DNA of 64,000 nucleotides from Amphiscolops sp. MND2022 (taxonomy: Eukaryota): assembly GCA_964187785.1 (NCBI GenBank), contig OZ076409.1, forward strand, positions 52,144,001-52,208,000, in the 5' to 3' direction. Shown piece after piece: positions 12,151 through 20,010 of this stretch; the stretch's first letter is position 1; the number at the start of each line of letters is the position of its first letter. A program made the position numbers and the translations under genes. The notes under the pieces are model-generated. The model made no database searches. It had not been told where the DNA came from and worked only from the letters and a program-made list of their open reading frames with translations.

Positions 12151-12441
12151 GTTAGTAGGGCGGCGAGTTGGGACACCAGTTTATAATTATTGTGCGAAAG
12201 GTGATGTCAATAGAAAAGTGACTGTTATTTTAAGGATAACAAATTTAAGGCTGACTTTGTTCTAATATGTGGATCGACAAAAATTGATTTTAAAAAAGAA
12301 CAAAAAGTATTTTTTCTTGAAAAGATCCAAGACTGAGATTGGATCAACAATATTTGGACTGAGATTGGATCTAAAATGTTTTTGCTTAGGTTAAATTATA
12401 CCATAAAGCGAAGATGAATATAAACATTTTGAAATTAGATG
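12151..12441. repeat. ~290 bp direct repeat, copy 2 (upstream of the POLR1D-like gene)
   Basis: High identity to 10924-11211. Confidence 0.9.
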
Positions 12442-13046
12442 ATGATAGACTAATTTGTATCATGTTGATAATTTCTTCCGGTAGGTAATATATTTTTCCG
12501 GCATGTTTGCTTGTTGTTGTCTCTCAAGGCAGACTAACGTTTTCAGGAGGTGGGGATCATTTGTAGTTAGAAGAAGAGATCAATTAACCTTCGGGATGTG
12601 GCAGTACAAATGACTTTCTATCATTGATTCCAGAACAAAAAAATACAATAGAATTGACACAGAAGGGGTGGGCGGAAGTAGGTCGAAGGAACGGGATCGA
12701 AAATCAGAGTTGGTCCTCAGATCGACATACCAAATTTTTGAATGGGATCGAAATAACTCGGATCGAAATTTTTGTAACGTAGTCAGATATGTTCACATAC
12801 CCCTAGTGCCCTAAATGCAGGAGCGAAGCGACGTGCCATATGGCCATGCCTCAATGTTGCTACTTGGCGAAGGGAGCGAAGCGACCGAGCCATACAACAA
12901 ATACAATAAAATTCGACCGCATTCCATTCGATCAATGCAATTCGATCAAAAGGTTCGACCTCTGTCCTTTCGACCAGAAAAATTCGACCTATTTACAGCC
13001 ACCCACACAGAAGGAAGGCAGGTGAGGATTGCAGGGTTATAAGAAT
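12442..13046 (-). mobile_element. Probable 3' UTR/tail of the LINE at 42733-47290, displaced ~30 kb by nested insertions
   Basis: The ATAAGAAT TSD joins 13046 to 42733, right at the stop of the last LINE ORF. Candidate tails on the minus strand: (ATC)3 at ~12438-12447 and CAA repeats at ~12505-12520. Confidence 0.5.
12666..13004. mobile_element. Mutator-type MITE, family 1, copy a
   Basis: Imperfect TIRs GGGTGG...TAGGTCGAA / TTCGACCTA...CCACCC, perfect 9-bp TSD ACACAGAAG (12657-12665, 13005-13013), subterminal TCGA-centred repeats. Confidence 0.88.
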
Positions 13047-13263
13047 GGTTACCAGTCACTTGGCTTAATACCATTCGGCCTAATTCTTTCGTCGAGTCAT
13101 TTGGCTTAAAAAATTAAAGCCAAGTGACCACAAAATTAAGCCAACTCCATTCCAACTGAAGGAATAAATATGTCAACTCCCGGAAATATCATAATGTGGG
13201 GCACAGGGTTGTCAGTTCAATTACGTTTTTTCTGAAAATAATTGATCAATTACAAATTTGCTA

Positions 13264-13978
13264 TGTAACGTCAAGCAAGTAACGCACATACCAGAACTGG
13301 GACAGTACTTAGGTTGCCTAGACAGGAGACCATAGTCCTATAACAAGCCTAAATACTAGTTTTTCATCCCTAAAGGTCTCCTAGGGACTTTTCCAAAACA
13401 CCGTGGAGATTCCTCTTATTAGAGCTCCGTGGCGACGCGCCGGCACACTCAAAGTCCGGACACGTCCCATAAGCGTGTAAAAACGTTCCTAAAGGCTTCC
13501 TGCGGCTCTACATACTTCCGAAGTCCGAAAACAGGGCTCTAGCTGAAATGCATTCTATTTCAGAAAATAAGGTCTAAATACTCCATCACAAGGATCTGGC
13601 AGATCCAACATCATCAAAAATCTGTAAATCAATACTAATGACATTAGAATCAATCAAGATTGGCATTTCTGGCATGTTTCTATCAAATTCGCGATTCTCT
13701 TCATCTCCTTTGCTGTGGGATATCTGAATCTCAGAACGTTTTTGCATTAAAAACGCACTTTTCTGGGGAGATGACACAAATCCGGCATTTTTCTTGTTCT
13801 TCCACATCGTGTCAGTGTCTTTTTTTCCTTTTTGGGTCGGGGTTGGGTTCGTCTGTCTTCTTTTTTGCTTCCTTTTTGGTTTCAACGACCTGCCAGGTCG
13901 GCCATTTTGACTCGCACACTTTTTGGTTCTTGATCGAATTTTTCATCGAAAATTTGGTGCTGACTGGTGGACGTTACA
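13264..13978 (-). repeat. Gypsy 3' LTR
   Basis: TG..CA ends with 9-bp terminal inverted repeat; about 10-11 differences from the 5' LTR by eye. Confidence 0.97.
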
Positions 13979-13986
13979 TCCTCCCC
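13979..13986 (-). promoter_or_regulatory. Polypurine tract
   Basis: GGGGAGGA on the minus strand directly abutting the 3' LTR. Confidence 0.8.
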
Positions 13987-14442
13987 GGGCCACTGTTTGT
14001 CGTCCTCGGCAAACGGAGAAGGATGCATCATTACTTACAAATGGTTTTAGCAACGTGGTTTTCAGTTTTTCTATTAGATCTTACTGCTTCAAAATTTCGA
14101 TTTAGCACTTTTTGATCATTCTGGGACAATAAAATTCAGTTTGTTTAAAAACTCTTACCATTCGTTCCAAGCTAGTTTAAAAGTTCTTTTAAGGGTGGTT
14201 GCACTTTTGCGACACTTAGCCAGAGAAACGGAGAACTTTTTACTAAAACTTTAATTGCACTTGTTTTGGCAGTTAGGTAGGCACCAAGCTGGGACCTACC
14301 CACCGGGTAGTTACATTAGCAAAATAACCAAAATGATGTTAATACTTTGTTAACTAAAATAGCACTTTTTGTTTTGACAACTACTGAGGCATAATATGTT
14401 CTTGGTTAGTTTTGGTTTGATTAGCCAAGTTCAGTACGTGTT

Positions 14443-17400
14443 TCATTCATCGCCAGTGTCATCCATAGTAGTATCGTCATTTTGTAGCACTTCATTTAAT
14501 GATAAGGCCAATACTTCCGATGGTGGCAGGTCTTGCTGATTCAAGCTAGGTAGTTCGTTCAACTCTAATTCGATATCAGCTGCTAGTGTTCTCGTCAATG
14601 ACGTGGGCGTGACTTCCAAAGCTTCTAGCGGCACTGTCTGATCATTTGAAGTAGCATTGGTGGTGATGACAGTGGTTGGGTTAGCTGTTTCAGGGTCATG
14701 GATGGATACATTGGTGTTGGTTGGTGTTGTAGCTGTTGCAATGCTGATTTGGCTTGAGGTTGACATCATGGAAGTTAAGGTATTTTCAGCAGTAGAAGCC
14801 TCCTCGTGCCCTGCTGCCTGTCTCATTGAGGTCGAGCCCGCTGGGCTTAGTTCTGGCAGCTGGTCTGCGAGGTCTTTGAAAGTTCCAATTGCATTTAAAT
14901 AACTGTCATATACGGTGTTTCCTTCGTCCCTCTGCTTGGCTATCAGACTCATGAAGATTTCCATGGCCATTTGTGGATTGTTCGGCATCTCTTCATTCAG
15001 GGGCAAGGTCTTTCTATTGGGTTCTTTTGCAATTTTCGGAACTGTCGCTTTCAGAGTTTGAAATCCTTGGTAGATCATTCTGTCCACTATCGGCGGGTCT
15101 GCCCAATGCGTAGTGTCGGACAAGATTTTGGCTGTATCGGCTTGCGGAGTCACTCGAGGGTTATACATTCGGGATACATCTTGTATTACTCGATGCTGGA
15201 GTCTTTCTGGTGTGGAGCCTTTTCTTCGTCCACCCAGGCGTCGTTCCGCTTTGGTTAGTACTCGGAGAATACCGGGCTCATCCCAGCTGGCAAAGCCTTG
15301 CAATGCTCCAGTGGTGGGTTCTAAAGGAGCGTGCAACCATTCTACTGGATGAAGTTCTAGCGACATAGGAACAGCGCACCGCGCTCTGGCTCGGATTAGG
15401 GCACTGAAGTTGTACTCGACCTGTTTCTTGTCTTTGATAATCGTGTATGCCATTGGTGGTCGGAAGTTGGCAAAGTTGCGCACTAGCATTTGAAAATCCG
15501 GTTGTCTGGTGTCGTCTTCAGGGTCCACAAAATGTAGAATGGATAATGTAGGTGCTTTTGCGGCAACTCTAAGCGGCTGTGTGGGGTATCTCAGGGCCAT
15601 CATTGAACCAAATATAGGCCAGACTATGGGTCCGATCATGGGGACTAGATCTTCAGTTTCTACTAACAAGAGGCTGGCTACTTGCGAGGGGAATAGGAAA
15701 CCTGGCAGGTTATTGCTGTTGGGTTTTTGATTTAGCGAGTCGTCTAAAGTGCTCATTACACCAGAGACATTGACCCAGGCTGAGTAAACCCAAGCCAATA
15801 GTGTTTCGATATTCTCGGCGAGCTGGGCGCGCAACTTCAAAGCGCCTGCAGGGTCCAAAGTGTTTAGAATGGCGTTAATCCAATTCCGCTGGTTCTTGGC
15901 GAATATGAGAAAACTGAGTAGACAGGAGTTGGCTTTAGCTAGGACTAATCTCTGCACCAAGTGCACTGGGCCTTTGTAGACGGCGCCTAGACCAACGGCC
16001 ATCAAGTATGCCAGGATTTCAGCGATTGTGGCCCTCTGCATTGCTTCTACGTACAGTCTAACTTGCTGCTCATCTAAGCTGCTTTCACGCTGTACCCAAA
16101 ATGGCGAGATGTTATACAAAAATATAGGGAAGGGATTTCCATGGCTTTCTGCTGTTTCATTCAAAGTCACCTGCAGCGTCTCGTGCCAAGATTGGTAAGT
16201 ATGCTGTGGGTTCATTCGGTTTTCTTGCGCTGTCTTTTGAGCTAATACTGTCAGCAATACTAGGGTGGGGGAAACCATGTTGGGCTTTGCGTCGATCGCT
16301 TGTATCGCCACTGGAAAAACAGTCGCGTCGGTCCGAGTTTGTTTTATTCCTTCTGTCTTCTTGAAGAGAGCTAGCAGCTCTTTGTGGAATTTAGCGTTGT
16401 GTGTTCTCTCATCTAGCGTTGACTCGTCTCTCCTTTCAAACCATCCGTTGTCAATCATGTTTGCCCGTTCCTTTTCTTTAGGTTCCTTAACTCGGCGTAC
16501 CCCATTTTCATCAAAGGTGCGATGCGCCATTTGCATGCCAAAGTCAAAGGCAGTAGCATCATCAGCCAGTAATTGAGAGTTTCCCTCGTATCCGGTACAA
16601 GCCTGCAAGGCTTTCGAGATTTCCGCCAGGAGTGCAGAATAAGAGTTTTCGCCCGGACGCCAGGTTGTGGCACTCACTCTCAGGTTCGGTGCTATTATGT
16701 AAAATGACAAATTCTGTGAGTAAGATGCTTCTGATACTAGATATAACAGTTGCTGGAGTGGTTTAGGTAAGTATACGTATCCTGGGGGCGACATAAAGAC
16801 TACCCCTACGACGGGATTCATTCGCTGCACCCGCCTGATCACATTTCTCATTGCTTCGACGTACGCAATTACCTCTCCTGTCATCACTTCTTCCGTCAGT
16901 CTACGGTTGCCTCCTTCAAAGTATTTCAGCGTTCCTCGAAGAGCCAAGTGGTCGATCATGTTGCTATATATTAGGATCGGAGGGAATGGAATTGTTTCTG
17001 TGTGGTTGACGGTGGGACCGAAGACCTTGCAGGTCACCTCTGCCATTTCCTCTAGCGATGTGCAGGGCAAGTTTATAACGCGAACATCCATCAGGGTGTT
17101 GTTCCTGTTCGCCGTTGCTTTCATCGTGGAGTCCATGAACAAGGCAATTCTTGTCTTTTGCAACATCTCTTTGCCCATGGGGAGTAAGGTTGTTATGTCC
17201 CTCATGAAATCACGGCTTTTCATCAGTTGGTCATCGTATCTTGCTGGTCGTTGTATGGCTAATTTTACTTTGGAGGGGAGTGATCTCATTAATGATGAGT
17301 TGTCTTTATGAAGATTCTCCTTTACTCTCTCGAACCAGGGAGGAATGCGGTCCAGAAGGAGTGTTGGCTTCTTTACGGGCCTTAAGTAATGCACTCCGAT

Positions 17401-17922
17401 CGTTGCTTTTTCTAGGTTTTGCACATCTTCTGGGCTTCCTTTGCTGGTAGCTGTTTCGAATTTCTGCACATCCAATCCTAAGTCTCGATTCTCTGATTTC
17501 GCTTCTCGCTGCAGACGCACCGCGTCTCTGGCAGCAATGTCAAGCTGTCGTGCCTCTGTCTGCGATAGGAGCTCTTTAGAGAATCGCACTCGCCTAGGCT
17601 CCGGCTGTTGCACTGGGGATGGATTCGGGCTAGAGTTCGTTGCATCCGAATTAGCTAAGTCTCTGGCCCTTTTCTTTTGAACTAGCTGTTCGATCTTACT
17701 TTGTTCCTTTCGATTCAGTACGTCGCGGAGATCGATAGGTGCCTTGGCTGCTTGTCTTTCTGCTAGTTCTTGCTGTTTCTGTTGTTCTTGGCGTTCTGGG
17801 TCGGCCTGAAAACCTATTAGGTGATGTGGGTCCTGCAACGTTGAGGGTAGCAAGGCATCGTAAGAGTCTTGAAATCCGATCATGTCTGTCATGATGGGCA
17901 CGTCGAGCGGGTTCCGCATCAT
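14443..17922 (-). CDS. Gypsy ORF3 main frame (1159 aa) with SGNH/GDSL-hydrolase-like domain; probably continuous with 17994-18758
   Basis: Intact long ORF between pol and the PPT. RIALFMDS / VINLPCTSLEEM / ILIYSNMIDHL / NPVVGVVFMSPPG resemble SGNH blocks. The frame stays open upstream into the G-run at ~18000. Confidence 0.8.
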   Translation of the reverse strand: MMRNPLDVPIMTDMIGFQDSYDALLPSTLQDPHHLIGFQADPERQEQQKQQELAERQAAKAPIDLRDVLNRKEQSKIEQLVQKKRARDLANSDATNSSPNPSPVQQPEPRRVRFSKELLSQTEARQLDIAARDAVRLQREAKSENRDLGLDVQKFETATSKGSPEDVQNLEKATIGVHYLRPVKKPTLLLDRIPPWFERVKENLHKDNSSLMRSLPSKVKLAIQRPARYDDQLMKSRDFMRDITTLLPMGKEMLQKTRIALFMDSTMKATANRNNTLMDVRVINLPCTSLEEMAEVTCKVFGPTVNHTETIPFPPILIYSNMIDHLALRGTLKYFEGGNRRLTEEVMTGEVIAYVEAMRNVIRRVQRMNPVVGVVFMSPPGYVYLPKPLQQLLYLVSEASYSQNLSFYIIAPNLRVSATTWRPGENSYSALLAEISKALQACTGYEGNSQLLADDATAFDFGMQMAHRTFDENGVRRVKEPKEKERANMIDNGWFERRDESTLDERTHNAKFHKELLALFKKTEGIKQTRTDATVFPVAIQAIDAKPNMVSPTLVLLTVLAQKTAQENRMNPQHTYQSWHETLQVTLNETAESHGNPFPIFLYNISPFWVQRESSLDEQQVRLYVEAMQRATIAEILAYLMAVGLGAVYKGPVHLVQRLVLAKANSCLLSFLIFAKNQRNWINAILNTLDPAGALKLRAQLAENIETLLAWVYSAWVNVSGVMSTLDDSLNQKPNSNNLPGFLFPSQVASLLLVETEDLVPMIGPIVWPIFGSMMALRYPTQPLRVAAKAPTLSILHFVDPEDDTRQPDFQMLVRNFANFRPPMAYTIIKDKKQVEYNFSALIRARARCAVPMSLELHPVEWLHAPLEPTTGALQGFASWDEPGILRVLTKAERRLGGRRKGSTPERLQHRVIQDVSRMYNPRVTPQADTAKILSDTTHWADPPIVDRMIYQGFQTLKATVPKIAKEPNRKTLPLNEEMPNNPQMAMEIFMSLIAKQRDEGNTVYDSYLNAIGTFKDLADQLPELSPAGSTSMRQAAGHEEASTAENTLTSMMSTSSQISIATATTPTNTNVSIHDPETANPTTVITTNATSNDQTVPLEALEVTPTSLTRTLAADIELELNELPSLNQQDLPPSEVLALSLNEVLQNDDTTMDDTGDE

Positions 17923-17993
17923 TATGGTTCTCGGTCTTTGGCTTGTATTTTGGGTGGCATCTTCATCGTTCTGCGCGCTCGTGTGCGCTTCTT

Positions 17994-18758
17994 CTACCCC
18001 CCTTCCCCCCTGAAAGAAGAAGGGAGCATGAGTTTGTTGTTCTCTTCCAGGCGCCTGACACTAATTGGGGCGGATGATGGTGGGAGCGTCAATATTGGCG
18101 GAGGCACTGTTGGCAAAAGGCATGTGAATTGTTGTGTGGGCGATGGTTGCGTAGATTGACAGTCGCGGGCGATCTCAGGGGCAGTTATCGACGATATTGC
18201 AGGTGCTTGCGTCAGGTTCGTTTGAAGACGTCGTTGCTGTTCCATGGGAGGTCTATTAGGCTCGCCATATCTCAGGTGCGATCTGTGGTCATCAAAATGG
18301 TGGGTGAGATCGTGTCCTTGCCACGCGCCATTGTGGAATTCCGCAGTTCTGCGGTAAGATCCAATTTTAATTGATATGGAGAGGGTGAAGTCCGGATGTA
18401 TCTCGAGAGATTGCATTTGAGCAATTAGTATGGCCATCCCGGTCACCAGTGATGGAGAAGGGGTTTCTTGTAGGGTCGATTGGACCAGACCAAGCTGGTC
18501 AATTCTGGTTTGAGATTCTTCGACAGGCAGCGAGGACATGGGAGCTTCTTGCGTGGCAATTGTCGGCGGTTGTGATTGGTCCATTCTGCTGGTGCTCAGT
18601 TGCGAGCTTGTTGTTGATGGAGCTGGCATGCGGGTTTTAGCCGATTGATCCAATAAAGAGATAGGTAGCGCCTTGGATGAATGACTATGGTGGATGTACT
18701 GCAGATGTGATGATATATAACTGGCTGCGTCAAGTGCATGGGAATTGACAGGACTGAA
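17994..18758 (-). CDS. N-terminal part of ORF3 (Ser/Thr/Pro/Gln-rich), separated from the main frame by a -1 shift in a G-run
   Basis: Frame open from the AG acceptor (18760-18759) to TAG at 17994; first in-frame ATG at 18629; shift at GGGGGGAAGGGGGG. Confidence 0.6.
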   Translation of the reverse strand, partial: FSPVNSHALDAASYISSHLQYIHHSHSSKALPISLLDQSAKTRMPAPSTTSSQLSTSRMDQSQPPTIATQEAPMSSLPVEESQTRIDQLGLVQSTLQETPSPSLVTGMAILIAQMQSLEIHPDFTLSISIKIGSYRRTAEFHNGAWQGHDLTHHFDDHRSHLRYGEPNRPPMEQQRRLQTNLTQAPAISSITAPEIARDCQSTQPSPTQQFTCLLPTVPPPILTLPPSSAPISVRRLEENNKLMLPSSFRGEGG

Positions 18759-18959
18759 CTAGAAAAAAGAAAACGACAGACGTCATTTTGAGCTAAAATA
18801 TTATTGCTGATGAGTGTAATTGATATGATAAACATTAAAAGACAATAAGATAAAACAGATTCGACAATTCACGTTAAAACCTAGTTCAGGGATTACTCAA
18901 ACAGCACATATGCTAAGAACAGGACGAGTGGCCTCCCTTATTTTTTGTACCACAGTAAT

Positions 18960-20010
18960 TCAGTCAAATTTGTATTTTACATGGTTCTGATGTGTCCTCA
19001 CTAACGCAATTGATACATACACCCTATCGTGGAGGACTATGTCGATATTGGAATCAATGAAATGATCTTTCAACATTGAATACCAAGCTGGTAGCATGTT
19101 GATTGATCTTTCAGGGTCATAGATGGGAAAGTGGATATGGGTGATTTGTGCTCGTGTGAGCTTCTGCACCAGGTCTATTAGGCACAGATGTAGCACATCA
19201 TGTAAAATGGGGTGTTTACTAGAGGCTCTGGTGATTAATAGGAACATCTCGTTATTCCACGGCGTTGCGGGTGATGTAGTGAGGTGATAGCCTTTCCTAC
19301 GGCTGGGCGTAGTCTGAAAATTTCCTCCTGACCATATTCCCTAATGACGTAGCGCGCCATTGCTGAATATGATAGAAGGTCTGCCGGACAGCATATTACT
19401 ACGGCACCCTTGGCTTGCAAGATGTCAGTTTCTTCGTAATGAATCCATGATAGATAGTTCGGTTTGATCTTCGGATGCGTTATCAATAGCTTTCCCGTGA
19501 TTGTGCTTTGATTGTCTTGACTTGGCGTGAGATGATCCAAAATGGCCTTACGGTCTTGCCACACTGTTCTGCGTAAAGGTCTGTCTCCCAAGTTGGTGCA
19601 AGACCAATCGTGAACTACGGAGAGTGCTTCCAGCATGGTCACTGGGTTCTCGAATGTATACGTGTGTTTGTCTAACAGGCGTATTTTGGCTTGGCGACAG
19701 AAGACGATAGCTAGTAGTTGTAACCAATGTTGACTGAGGAATCTCCCACGATAAATATCTGCTAGATGGAAGCATAAGGTGTCCTCGAACTCTACGAGCG
19801 TACGCAAATTTTCCAAGCAAATCAGTAAAGTTTCTGGAGTCACTAGTGCGTTTCGTCCAAAGAGGTGACCAATAGCCACCAACCAGCCGTTGGGTGATAC
19901 ACGTCTCCAGGAGGGGAGGTTAGGCCATATTGCTGCCATAGTCTTCGCGCGGTGATACAGCGGACCATTGCTATTCGTGTGTCACTTGGTTCTATTTTTT
20001 CAAACATCAT
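18960..20010 (-). pseudogene. Pol C-terminal tandem macrodomains (TARG1/Poa1p-like), broken by two single-base frameshifts (~19845, ~19285)
   Basis: Domain 2: IHYEETDILQAKGAVVICCPAD...MARYVIREYG...RPAVGKAI / MFLLITR...LHLCLIDL...ITHIHFP...MLKDHFIDSNIDIVLH. Domain 1: AMVRCITA...PGDVY...WWLLVT / TPETLLICLENLR...LCFH...WLQLLAIVF...IRLL. Confidence 0.7.

Noticed and set aside
13586..13885. Lys/Arg-rich 99-aa ORF inside the Gypsy LTR
   Set aside because: The frame is not preserved in the other LTR (indels); it reflects A-rich LTR composition.
14443..17922. ORF3 as a classical envelope glycoprotein
   Set aside because: No evident signal peptide, Cys-rich ectodomain or C-terminal membrane anchor.
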